Origin: an uncultured Oscillospiraceae bacterium
GTDB lineage: Bacteria; Bacillota; Clostridia; Oscillospirales; Oscillospiraceae
Assembly (NCBI GenBank): GCA_964523685.1
Contig: CAZGAM010000001.1
Coordinates: 5,774 to 39,206 of the forward strand
Reading direction: 5' to 3'
DNA: 33,433 bases
The position numbers and the translations under genes were made by a program. Shown here piece after piece: positions 8,793-17,345 of this stretch (position 1 is the stretch's first letter; every line of letters starts with the position of its first letter). Under the pieces are notes generated by a model. That model was not told where the DNA came from, did no database searches, and worked only from the letters and a program-made list of their open reading frames with translations.

Positions 8793-8835
8793 TCCTATTA
8801 ATAGCGAAAGATTTAATCTTGCACGATTAATAGGA
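8793..8835. promoter_or_regulatory. 10-bp perfect inverted repeat in the gpx leader, overlapping the SD
   Basis: TCCTATTAAT (8793-8802) and ATTAATAGGA (8826-8835) are reverse complements separated by 23 nt. One arm abuts the -10 box and the other runs into AGGAGGG. This could be an operator or an SD-masking hairpin. Confidence 0.4.
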
Positions 8836-8863
8836 TTATACACATCGAGACAGCATTTGTCAA
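8835..8863 (-). promoter_or_regulatory. Consensus sigma-A promoter of gpx
   Basis: On the minus strand: TTGACA (8858-8863), exactly 17 nt, then TATAAT (8835-8840). Confidence 0.6.
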
Positions 8864-8913
8864 CGATTTTTTAGAATTTTATGCAGGCAGGTCTGAGAGG
8901 GCATGCCTGCTTC

Positions 8914-9297
8914 TCATAGACAAACATTCGTTGTGTCTGGTATTGGGAAGGAACGATTCGAGATATCGGTCAATTGAAAAAGACAAAGGACCAAGACTTG
9001 CAGGAGTTTCGGGCTTAGTACGAAGAACCACGAGGGAAGTCTGCTTGTGCGGTGTGTACATTGTTCCTTAGGAGATACCCTGCACCCAAGCAAAGACGCT
9101 TTTGTATCAGGCTGCGGATTCATATAACTTAGAAAACTGCCTGCATAGTATGAGTGCACACGCAGACACAACGCCAATGTGTAGATAATGTAGTCGTTTT
9201 ATATAGCATTATGTTAATAAATACTACATATTGAATAAGGTCATTCTTCTCTGTGTAATCTGGAACCTGCAATATCTCCTGCTATAGCTCCCAGAAT
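8914..9297 (-). pseudogene. Decayed ADP-ribosylglycohydrolase (ARH/DraG family) remnant
   Basis: Directly after the vWA stop, whose AAGGAG sits in the right place, the minus strand reads ATT-CTG-GGA... = ILGAIAGDIAGSRLHREE-stop. This matches the family N-terminus MLGAIxGDIxGS but has ATT where ATG is expected and a stop after 19 codons. Further downstream a frame reads ...YYAGSFLSYMNPQPDTKASLLGCRVSP..., faintly resembling the AGYGGxFxxWL..NPxPYxSxGNGSAMRVSP block. The remnant spans about 390 nt, against roughly 780 nt for an intact gene. Confidence 0.4.
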
Positions 9298-9299
9298 GA

Positions 9300-9947
9300 T
9301 TACTCCTTTCTTTTTCGGTAATCATCTTCAATGCGCATTTTCCAATCTCTTTGAAGAGGGCTTGAGTTGCGTACGTCACAGATGGCGTCGCTTACTACAT
9401 CAAAATTGAGTCTGGTACCCACGCTGTCGCTGTGATAGCTTACGGAACAGTCCTCGGTAATGCCTATGCTTCCTGCGACGTCAACAGCATCGATGTTCGC
9501 GCCAAGAAAGAGAAACTCCCAGCCATACTTCGTTTTCTCGTGTTCGATCATCGCACGAACCTTGTCACGTGAATAGCGACGGCTTGCATTCTCCATCCCG
9601 TCCGTGGTAATGATAAACAACGTATGCTCTGGAATGTCTTCTTCCCGTGCATACTTATGGATATTTCCTATATGATGAATTGCGCCGCCTACAGCATCCA
9701 GCAGAGCAGTGCTTCCGCGTACATAATAGTCCTTCTCGGTGAGAGGAGCAACAGTCTGCAAATCTGCGCGGTCATGCAGGACCTCAATGCGGTCATCAAA
9801 GAGAATGGTGGAGAGCAGAGCGTTTCCTTCTACCTGCCGCTGCTTCTTGATCATGGAATTAAAGCCGCCGATGGTATCGGCTTCCAGTCCGGTCATCGAA
9901 CCGCTCCGGTCAAGGATGTATACAATTTCCGTCAAATTCTTTTTCAT
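9300..9947 (-). CDS. Cytoplasmic von Willebrand factor type A (vWA) domain protein
   Basis: The start is trimmed to ATG 9947 (GGAGGG 5 nt upstream). MKKNLTEIVYILDRSGSMTGLEADTIGGFN...GSTALLDAVG...FIITTDGMENAS carries the MIDAS elements DxSxS...T...D. There is no signal peptide or TM segment. Confidence 0.85.
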   Translation of the reverse strand: MKKNLTEIVYILDRSGSMTGLEADTIGGFNSMIKKQRQVEGNALLSTILFDDRIEVLHDRADLQTVAPLTEKDYYVRGSTALLDAVGGAIHHIGNIHKYAREEDIPEHTLFIITTDGMENASRRYSRDKVRAMIEHEKTKYGWEFLFLGANIDAVDVAGSIGITEDCSVSYHSDSVGTRLNFDVVSDAICDVRNSSPLQRDWKMRIEDDYRKRKE

Positions 9948-10022
9948 AATTACCCTCCGTTTTTTTAAAATGCAGCCGTATTTGACTATAACTGCATTGT
10001 AGGACGAAGGATTTTGCTTTTG

Positions 10023-10039
10023 GTCGCCTGGCAGGCGAC
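10023..10039. promoter_or_regulatory. 17-bp perfect palindrome between the macro-HTH gene and the vWA gene
   Basis: GTCGCCTG-G-CAGGCGAC. It is unique in the window and sits about 25-40 nt upstream (minus-strand sense) of a TACAAT hexamer preceding the vWA gene. No U-tract follows on either strand, so it looks more like an operator than a terminator. Confidence 0.35.
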
Positions 10040-10071
10040 AAATGAAATTCATACACGGAAAGGAACAATTC

Positions 10072-11094
10072 CTAAGAACCAAGAGTATTTTGTCCGAAAG
10101 AAAACAGGGCTTCGTTAATCTCAAAAATGTTGTAATTTCCACGGCTGATAAAATATTCCACGATGATATCAGCCTTATTGCTGTGGGAGAGTGCAAAACC
10201 TGCTTTCATCAGCATTTCATTCGTCTCACTTAAGGACAGCTCAAGGGAAATGGCTAAAGCAAGAACGGTTGGCTTGCTGGGCCTATAGGACTGGTTGCTG
10301 CGAATTTTTGAAAATAATTTGCGATCGATGTTTGCCTTTTTATAGCATTGAGCATCGGTAATACCGCGTTCGTCTATTTTACGAAGCAGCATCTCCGAAA
10401 AGCTTTCGTCCAGCATGTGGACAGCTTCATCCAACGTTTGCGCCGACTGTATGGTCTGGGCATCGGCAAGGGACAAGGTACTGAAATCATTCTTGCGGTT
10501 GCCTGGTGACAGATCTGCTTCAAGATGCCTTTTTCGTGACTCCTCATAGAGGTAGTCTGTATGTTCCTCTACATAGTGGTCATCAATATATCGCGTGATA
10601 TCCCTGAAGAGTTTTTCGCTGAGCTGAAGGGAAGATCTACTGTAAACAACGACATATACCGTCATCTCATTCTCAAAAAGGAAATCACTTATCGCATCGA
10701 TGGCTACTTTCATAGCTTTATCCTTTGGATAACCGAAAATACCGGCGGATATGAGGGGAAACGCTACAGTAGTGCAGCCATTTTCTTTGGCCAGAAGGAG
10801 AGATTTATGATAACAGGAGGTCAACTTTTCCTGCTCTCCATGATTGCCGCCCTGCCAACGCGGCCCTACCGTATGGATAATATATTTGCAGGGAAGACGG
10901 TACCCCCGGGTAATTTTGGCCTCTCCTGTTTCGCAGCCGCCAAGTAAGCGGCACTCTGCGAGAAGTTCCGGCCCTGCTGCTTGATGGATCGCTCCATCAA
11001 CACCGCCTCCACCCAGCAAGGAGTGGTTAGCTGCGTTCACAATGGCGTCTACATGCATTTTTGTAATATCATTTCGTACAATTTGAAGAGGCAT
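10072..11094 (-). CDS. Macro domain (ADP-ribose binding/hydrolase) protein fused to a C-terminal HTH domain
   Basis: 340 aa. The N-terminal half [37 protein letters not shown]...[10 protein letters not shown]...[14 protein letters not shown] carries the MacroD-type motifs. The C-terminal [58 protein letters not shown] is an XRE-like HTH module. AAGGAG SD. Confidence 0.9.
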   Translation of the reverse strand: MPLQIVRNDITKMHVDAIVNAANHSLLGGGGVDGAIHQAAGPELLAECRLLGGCETGEAKITRGYRLPCKYIIHTVGPRWQGGNHGEQEKLTSCYHKSLLLAKENGCTTVAFPLISAGIFGYPKDKAMKVAIDAISDFLFENEMTVYVVVYSRSSLQLSEKLFRDITRYIDDHYVEEHTDYLYEESRKRHLEADLSPGNRKNDFSTLSLADAQTIQSAQTLDEAVHMLDESFSEMLLRKIDERGITDAQCYKKANIDRKLFSKIRSNQSYRPSKPTVLALAISLELSLSETNEMLMKAGFALSHSNKADIIVEYFISRGNYNIFEINEALFSFGQNTLGS

Positions 11095-11206
11095 CTTACG
11101 ACTCCTTTTTTGGTAAGAATGGCTGCATAGAGCGAGAGAGGTGCACAGGCAGAGAATCGCCGCTTGCGTTTCTTGCGGGAAATGGAGAACGGATTACTCT
11201 CTCCGC

Positions 11207-11992
11207 CTATCCGGTATTTTCCCGCAGACGGATACTGACCTCCCCAGAAAACAGGGATTCCTCTGTGCCGTCGTCATATCGGACCCGAAGTCTGCAGCGG
11301 TCATCGATATCAATTACTGTGGCATAGCGGGAAGAGCTGGCAGAAAGTACATTTACCGGCGCACCTATAAGAAAACTACGCTGGCGATACTCTTGTACAA
11401 AATTTCGTTCCGGCAAAGCCGTACAAAGTACATACAGCTCGCGAAGGATCAAAGCTGCCAGCCTGGCTCGAAGATCTTTTCCTCCAGAGGGAAACACAGC
11501 ACCGGCTGCTTGGGCAAGATCTGGGGGAAAACCGCCGGAAGGAGGAAATATATTGATGCCTATTCCCAGTATAACATACTCAAGTTTGGCAGGTCTGAGG
11601 AAATTTGATTCTGCCAGGATGCCGCATACTTTTTTTCCATGGATGAACACATCGTTCACCCATTTGATCTCGGCACGGTCAGAACCCATCCTTTCCAGTG
11701 CACGGCAAACCGCTACGGCCGCGGCGGCTGTAATAAGAGGGACATCCTGCGGCTGGCAAGTTGGACGCAGCAATATACTCATATAGAGTCCGGTTTCAGC
11801 GGGAGAATAGAAGCTGCGGCCCAGCCGCCCCCTTCCTTGTGTCTGTTGGAGGGCAATGAGGGTGTGCCATGCGGGAAGCGCCGAGGCCTGTTCTTTCAGC
11901 ATTAGATTTGTGGAGGTACACTCCGGCAGAACTTCTACTTCTATGCAATCTGCCAGCTCGCCGAGTTCTTTCTGAATATCGCAAACCAACAT
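11207..11992 (-). CDS. birA: Biotin--[acetyl-CoA-carboxylase] ligase (class I, no N-terminal HTH)
   Basis: 261 aa. It contains TSTNLMLKEQA, QQTQGRGRLGRSFYSP (the GRGRxGRxW/F motif), KWVNDVFIHGKKVCGIL and a C-terminal SH3-like tail. The SD at the annotated ATG is weak. Confidence 0.88.
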   Translation of the reverse strand: MLVCDIQKELGELADCIEVEVLPECTSTNLMLKEQASALPAWHTLIALQQTQGRGRLGRSFYSPAETGLYMSILLRPTCQPQDVPLITAAAAVAVCRALERMGSDRAEIKWVNDVFIHGKKVCGILAESNFLRPAKLEYVILGIGINIFPPSGGFPPDLAQAAGAVFPSGGKDLRARLAALILRELYVLCTALPERNFVQEYRQRSFLIGAPVNVLSASSSRYATVIDIDDRCRLRVRYDDGTEESLFSGEVSIRLRENTG

Positions 11993-12630
11993 ACAGTACA
12001 GGCAAAAATCGAGAGGAAGAGATTGCCCGCTCCTTTATTTTGATATTTGGGAAGCAAAAGACGTTTTGCCGTATTCCTGGAGGGTGTGCCAAAGCCCAAA
12101 ACCACAACTGCCAACTTCTTTGTATTTTTGGTAATGTTAGCGGTACCGCTGCCATCCGCATGGTAAGGATTCCCTGCATTGTGTTTAGGCAGGTGGCTGC
12201 CCAGGCAAAGCAGTCAAAGACGTAGTGAGGGCTTTGTTATAAACAGTGATGTATACGCTCGCTTCAGGGAATTGGCAAACAGTGACGAGGAAACGGAGAG
12301 CGTTGATGCGCACGAAGACAGCTGAATTGTTTACCATGCAGAGGTCTGCTTTCTAAATAAAGGGGTAGGCTCATGGCTGCAGGGCAGGGGACGAATAGGT
12401 ATTCCAACGAAAGCATAAGAGACAGTGGGATCAGAAGGAACCGCTCTTTGCAAAAGCTGCTTGTCCCTCTTAATTGGATATTTGTCTCTTTCCACATGCC
12501 AAGGCAGCCCCGCGGTTTGCAATCCAATTTTCAACACCTTCGACTTTGTACAAAACCTGCAGGCATACTCCCGGGGTGTGAAAGCGACCAATATATCGAG
12601 AAATACCGGAGCAAAGCTCTTGTATCATAG

Positions 12631-12654
12631 AAAGAAACTGCCCGCTGAGGCGGG
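12631..12654 (-). terminator. Short terminator after the NlpC/P60 gene
   Basis: On the minus strand: CCCGC-CTCA-GCGGG followed by CAGTTTCTTTC. The stem is only 5 bp. Confidence 0.45.
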
Positions 12655-12688
12655 AGTTCCTGAGTCTTATGTTCGCGAAGAGAGCTTT

Positions 12689-13507
12689 TTACTGCAGGGG
12701 GTAGAGACTGCCTACACAGGTAATCTTTTCAGATAAGTCCTGGCGAAAATCCGGTTTTGCGGGATCGAGGCTGTTTAGCACTACCCCATCGCTCCCGTCC
12801 TTGGCAGTAGAGTGGATATAACTTCCTCCGCCCAAGTACACAGCGACATGTCCCGGGAAAAACAGCAGATCGCCCGGTTTCTTCTGTTCCGGGTCTATGG
12901 CGTGGAGAGGATATCCTTCCCGAAGGGAGGCATCCCGCCATATCGTTACGCCGCTCAATCGATACGACATAAAAGCCAGACCGGAGCAGTCTATTCCCAG
13001 CATGGTTTTCCCACCCCACAGATAGTGGGCATCCAGATACAGTTTTGCCATGGCGGTTACGTGGGCTCGAAACGCCTGTTCCTCGTCCAATTTGGGAATA
13101 TCAAAGAGGAACGATGCTTTGGTATAACCCTCCCGGCCATCTGGAAGGGAAACTTTCTGCCAGCCATTTGCGTCCGGAGCACCGTGCACCGCTGCGGTCG
13201 CTCCACGAAGGAGCCTGCCAATCTGCCAGCCCTGTACCCGGGGTTCTGAGCGAACGGAGGCGATTCCCCGCAGCACAGTGCGCTGTTCCAGCGCCTGCCA
13301 GCGGGCGGCGTTTCCGTCTCCCAGCGTGAGAGCCTCAACAGGGGCATAGCCGGTGTAACCGTAGTCTGTCCGCACCAGGACCCAGCCTGGCGTTTCCCTA
13401 TCCAAAATTTCTACCTGCCACCCCAGAAGAGCCTCGTCCACCAGCTCACACTGGGTGCTGGGCCTCAGGTATAAAGGGCACACGTCGGCAGAAACAACAG
13501 CATTCAA
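12689..13507 (-). CDS. SH3b-SH3b-NlpC/P60 cysteine peptidase, YkfC-like gamma-D-glutamyl-L-diamino acid endopeptidase
   Basis: 272 aa with a TTG start and AAGGGGG SD. There is no signal peptide. Two SH3b-like segments precede the catalytic core YLWGGKTMLGIDCSGLAFMSY...PGDLLFFPGHVAVYLGGGSYIHS. Confidence 0.88.
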   Translation of the reverse strand: MNAVVSADVCPLYLRPSTQCELVDEALLGWQVEILDRETPGWVLVRTDYGYTGYAPVEALTLGDGNAARWQALEQRTVLRGIASVRSEPRVQGWQIGRLLRGATAAVHGAPDANGWQKVSLPDGREGYTKASFLFDIPKLDEEQAFRAHVTAMAKLYLDAHYLWGGKTMLGIDCSGLAFMSYRLSGVTIWRDASLREGYPLHAIDPEQKKPGDLLFFPGHVAVYLGGGSYIHSTAKDGSDGVVLNSLDPAKPDFRQDLSEKITCVGSLYPLQ

Positions 13508-13519
13508 TGCAAAGCCCCC

Positions 13520-14317
13520 TTATAGATTTTTAGCATCTTTATAGGTGTCGAAGATGGCTTTCCCCAGCCGCCCTACAAATTTTTTCTGGCCGGGATCCCC
13601 GTCCGGACTGGGACCATTCCACGTGAAAATACCAGCGTAGAGAGGGCGGGAGAGAGACAGGAAGATTCCACAGTCGTGGGTGACTCCGTCAAGACCGCCG
13701 GTTTTATGAGCAAACACAAGCCGGTCCGGAATGTAGCGCAGCATCACACTCATGTGCCGCTGCCGGCTGAGGATGTCCAGCGCGGTATGGCACAGTTCCG
13801 GCGTCAAAATCTGCTCCTCTTGCAAGAGGAAGAACAGCCGTCTCTGATCCTGGGCTGTGGTTATATTATCACGTCCTGCCCGGGCAGCTTGGAAATCCAG
13901 CATCTTCCGCCGGCACAGGGTGTTTTTCAGACCCAGGGAGGCACAGCAGGCGTTGACCGCATCCATCCCTACGGTGTCCAGGAGCACGTTGGTAGCTGTG
14001 TTGTCGCTGATCGTGATCATCCAGTATAGAAGCTCCTCCAGCGTATAACGATGCTCGCCCCGCTCAAATACGCTGGTGTCCGGAAGGACATCCGACACCT
14101 CCAGAAATTCATCCAGCTTCCGCTGCCCCAGGCGCACCTGCTCCAGAGCGGTGACCAGAATAGGCGTCTTGATGATGGAGGCAGAGGGGACAGGTTCTTC
14201 CCCCAGCCGTTCATGCAGCGGTGGTCCGTCCAAGCTGTCGGCTACCACATAGGCGCAGCTGCCCGGAAAGTTCTCGGCTTCCTCCCGCAGATAGCGGTCC
14301 AGTTCTTCTCTTGACAT
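13520..14317 (-). CDS. Class-A-beta-lactamase-fold serine hydrolase (cytoplasmic, no signal peptide)
   Basis: 265 aa. It has SxxK (PSASIIKTP), SDN (ISDNTATN) and KTG (AHKTGGL) motifs. The N-terminus MSREELDRYLREEAENF is hydrophilic. Confidence 0.85.
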   Translation of the reverse strand: MSREELDRYLREEAENFPGSCAYVVADSLDGPPLHERLGEEPVPSASIIKTPILVTALEQVRLGQRKLDEFLEVSDVLPDTSVFERGEHRYTLEELLYWMITISDNTATNVLLDTVGMDAVNACCASLGLKNTLCRRKMLDFQAARAGRDNITTAQDQRRLFFLLQEEQILTPELCHTALDILSRQRHMSVMLRYIPDRLVFAHKTGGLDGVTHDCGIFLSLSRPLYAGIFTWNGPSPDGDPGQKKFVGRLGKAIFDTYKDAKNL

Positions 14318-14332
14318 GCTGTGTTCCTTTCC

Positions 14333-15274
14333 TTACTCCGTCAGGATTTTCCTGTATCCATCCAGCTCCCGCCGGCTGCCGCGTACAAAATGCCCCGGCT
14401 CCAGTTCCTCCCAGAGGGGCGGATCCGCCTGCGTGTATCCATGCTGGTCCGGGTCGTAAATCAGCAGTTTTTTCTGCCTCTCCCGCACAGGGTCAGGCAT
14501 GGGTACAGCGGAGAGGAGCGCTCGGGTATAGGGGTGCAGCGGGTGGGCAAACAGCTGTTCGCTATCGGCCAGTTCCATCAGTTTCCCCCGGTAAATCACG
14601 GCGATGCGGTCAGAGATATACCGGACCACAGACAGGTCGTGGGCGATAAACAGATAGGTCAGACCCCGCTCTTTCTGCAGCCGGGACATGAGATTGAGCA
14701 CCTGTGCGCGGATGGATACATCCAGCGCCGAGATCGGCTCATCCGCCACAATGAACTCCGGTTCCATGATGAGGGCCCTGGCAATGCCGATGCGCTGACG
14801 TTGTCCGCCGGAGAATTCATGAGGAAAGCGGCTGGCAAACTCCGGCAGCAGTCCCACATCACTCAGGGCTTTGGCGACCCGCTCCTTGCGCTCAGATTCC
14901 GGCATATGTTTATGGATGGAGGAAAGACCTTCGGAGACAATATAATCCACTTTCGCCCGTTCGTTCAGAGAGGCCATGGGATCCTGGAAAACCATTTGAA
15001 TATTGCGGATCACCTGCCGGTCCGTTTTGCGGCTCACTTTGCCGGAGATCACCTCGCCGCGGTACCGGATGGTGCCGCCCGAAACGGGGTTTACCCGGAT
15101 GATGGCCCGTCCAATGGTGGTCTTTCCGGAGCCGGATTCACCCACCAGGCCCAGGGTCTCGCCTTTGTATATGTCGAAGGATACGCCATCTACCGCCGTG
15201 AAAGGGTGACGGCGGGAACCAAAGGTGACCTTCAGGTCCTGTACCTGCAGCAGTTTTTCCCGCGTGTCAGACAT
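14333..15274 (-). CDS. Peptide ABC transporter ATP-binding protein (OppF/DppF-like)
   Basis: 313 aa. Walker [10 protein letters not shown], signature FSGGQRQR and Walker B FIVADEP are present, followed by a C-terminal oligopeptide-type extension. It overlaps the upstream ATPase gene by 8 nt. Confidence 0.92.
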   Translation of the reverse strand: MSDTREKLLQVQDLKVTFGSRRHPFTAVDGVSFDIYKGETLGLVGESGSGKTTIGRAIIRVNPVSGGTIRYRGEVISGKVSRKTDRQVIRNIQMVFQDPMASLNERAKVDYIVSEGLSSIHKHMPESERKERVAKALSDVGLLPEFASRFPHEFSGGQRQRIGIARALIMEPEFIVADEPISALDVSIRAQVLNLMSRLQKERGLTYLFIAHDLSVVRYISDRIAVIYRGKLMELADSEQLFAHPLHPYTRALLSAVPMPDPVRERQKKLLIYDPDQHGYTQADPPLWEELEPGHFVRGSRRELDGYRKILTE

Positions 15275-16310
15275 AGCTGCCTGCTCCTCTCTCCCGCAGC
15301 TTGCGGATGTGCTCCGGAGGCTCTACTTTAGGCGCTCTGGGATCCAGAAGCCAGGTGCGGGCTTTGTGGGTCGGACTTACATCAAAATAGGGCGGACGTT
15401 TGACAAAATCAATCTTCAGCGCCCAGGGATTGCGGGGGGCGAAAGCATCTCCTTTGACATCGTGGAATAAATTGGGCGGAGTGCCTTTTATCGAGTATAA
15501 TTCCCCACCCTTTACACCCAGTTGAGGCAGGGAAGACAGCAGAGCCCAGGTATACGGGTGGCGGGGATCATAGAATACCTCGTCGCATTGGCCGACCTCC
15601 ACAATGTCCCCTGCATACATTACCGCAATGCGGTCCGCCACATTGGCCACGACCCCCAGGTCATGGGTGATATAGATGGTAGTCAGATTCAGCTTCTTTT
15701 GCAGTTGTCGGATCAGGTCCAGGATCTGGGCCTGAATGGTCACATCCAGGGCGGTCGTGGGTTCATCACATATGAGAATCTTGGGCCGGCAGGCCATGGC
15801 GATGGCAATTACCACCCGCTGGCGCATACCGCCTGAGAATTCATGGGGATATTGTTTGTATCGCTGCTCCGGCTGGCTGATCCCCACGTCTGCCAGGGCA
15901 TCCACCGCGGCTTTCTTTGCCTCGGCGCCTCGGAGTCCCTGGTGCAGTTCTACCGCTTCCAGGATTTGCGCACCCACCGGTTTGAGGGGGTTGAGACTCG
16001 TCATGGGATCCTGCATGACCATGGCAATCTCCTTGCCCCGGATGGTGAGCCACTGCTTTTCTGTCTTAAACGAGGCCAGATCCTGATCGCCATACCAGAT
16101 ATGGCCGCCGGCAATGGTGCCGTTGGCATCCAGAAGCCCCATGGCGGATTTGGTCAGAACGCTCTTGCCAGAGCCGGACTCTCCCACGATGGCCAGCGAT
16201 TCCCCCTTGTATACATCCAGGGAGATGCCCCGAATGGCCTTGAGCACCTGCCCCCGCAGGGTGAATTGGATATCCAGATCCTCAAAGGAGAGAATGACAT
16301 GATCTTTCAT
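15267..16310 (-). CDS. Peptide ABC transporter ATP-binding protein (OppD/DppD-like)
   Basis: 347 aa. It contains [17 protein letters not shown] and [12 protein letters not shown]. Confidence 0.92.
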   Translation of the reverse strand: MKDHVILSFEDLDIQFTLRGQVLKAIRGISLDVYKGESLAIVGESGSGKSVLTKSAMGLLDANGTIAGGHIWYGDQDLASFKTEKQWLTIRGKEIAMVMQDPMTSLNPLKPVGAQILEAVELHQGLRGAEAKKAAVDALADVGISQPEQRYKQYPHEFSGGMRQRVVIAIAMACRPKILICDEPTTALDVTIQAQILDLIRQLQKKLNLTTIYITHDLGVVANVADRIAVMYAGDIVEVGQCDEVFYDPRHPYTWALLSSLPQLGVKGGELYSIKGTPPNLFHDVKGDAFAPRNPWALKIDFVKRPPYFDVSPTHKARTWLLDPRAPKVEPPEHIRKLRERGAGSYV

Positions 16311-16325
16311 AAAGTTCCTGCTCCT

Positions 16326-17345
16326 TCAGTTCACATGGTTTTTGGGGTCGGCGGCGTCGGCAAAGGAATTGCCTATAACATAAAAGGAGATGGTGATTAC
16401 CGCCAGAATCGCTACGGGGAAAATCAGCTGATAGCGGAGGGAGGCCATCTGCATCAGGGAACGGCCGGTTTGAATGAGGTTGCCCAGCGAGGGGATGGAG
16501 ACCGGCAGGCCGATGCCGATGTAGGTGACAAATACCTCGCTGCCAATGGCGCTGGGAATAGCCAGGGCCATGCGCATGGTGATGACGCTCACCAGGTAGG
16601 GCAGCAGATTGCGGAAAATGATGCGCCCGGTCGATACGCCCAGACAGCGGGAAGCCAGGTTGTAGTCCCGGTCCCGGATGATAATGATCTGGTTGCGAAT
16701 GAAACGCGCCATGCCCAGCCAGCCTGTCAGGGACAGGGCAAAGATGATGGTGGATACCCCGGGTCTCAGGATATAGGAGATGAGAATCAAGAGCAGCGTC
16801 TGCGGGATGTTGTCCAGCACATTATAAAGTTCCGTGAAGATCAGATCCAGTTTGCGGACATATCCCCAAAGGACACCGGCCAGAATTCCCACTACCGCTT
16901 CGACCATGGCGACGGAAAAGCCGATAAACAGACTGGTGCGGGTACCGGCCCAGATGCGGGACCACAGATCCTGTCCGATGGAATTGGTTCCGAACCAGAA
17001 CTCCCGGTTGGGCGGGACATTGTTCAGCGGCAGGCCCCATTCCCCGTAATGAATGAGAAGGGGATCCTTCTGCCCGGGAAGCAGGGGCTGGATGAAGGTA
17101 AACAGCAGCGTCAGGGCCATCAGAAGAAGAAAAAACACAGCGGTCTTGTTGCGGAAAAAGGCGCGCAGCGTAGCCCGCCAATAGGAATAGTTGGAGTAGC
17201 CGCCCCGTTCCGCTTCCTCAGGGTGAAACTCCGCAAAAGAAAAGGCGACTGCGTCATCTGCCAGAACGGCGTCTTCCTCCAGGTCTTTGGCAAGCTGGCC
17301 GTTCAACTTTTCGCCCAGCTCGTCAGCGTTTTTGTGAAAAAGCAT
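16326..17345 (-). CDS. Peptide ABC transporter permease (OppC/DppC-like)
   Basis: 339 aa and multi-TM. It has the N-terminal cytoplasmic extension typical of OppC and an EAA-like loop (ASRCLGVSTGRIIFRNLLP). Its ATG overlaps the upstream stop (TGATG). Confidence 0.9.
   Translation of the reverse strand: MLFHKNADELGEKLNGQLAKDLEEDAVLADDAVAFSFAEFHPEEAERGGYSNYSYWRATLRAFFRNKTAVFFLLLMALTLLFTFIQPLLPGQKDPLLIHYGEWGLPLNNVPPNREFWFGTNSIGQDLWSRIWAGTRTSLFIGFSVAMVEAVVGILAGVLWGYVRKLDLIFTELYNVLDNIPQTLLLILISYILRPGVSTIIFALSLTGWLGMARFIRNQIIIIRDRDYNLASRCLGVSTGRIIFRNLLPYLVSVITMRMALAIPSAIGSEVFVTYIGIGLPVSIPSLGNLIQTGRSLMQMASLRYQLIFPVAILAVITISFYVIGNSFADAADPKNHVN

Noticed and set aside
8131-8801. Plus-strand ORFs at 8131-8373 and 8175-8801, opposite gpx.
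   Set aside because: They lie antisense to a clear glutathione peroxidase gene, with no SD and no motifs.
12141-12149. CGGTACCGC, reminiscent of the T-box GGUGGUACCGCG element.
   Set aside because: There is no specifier loop, no AGAGA/GNUGGA elements, and no downstream aminoacyl-tRNA-related gene on that strand.
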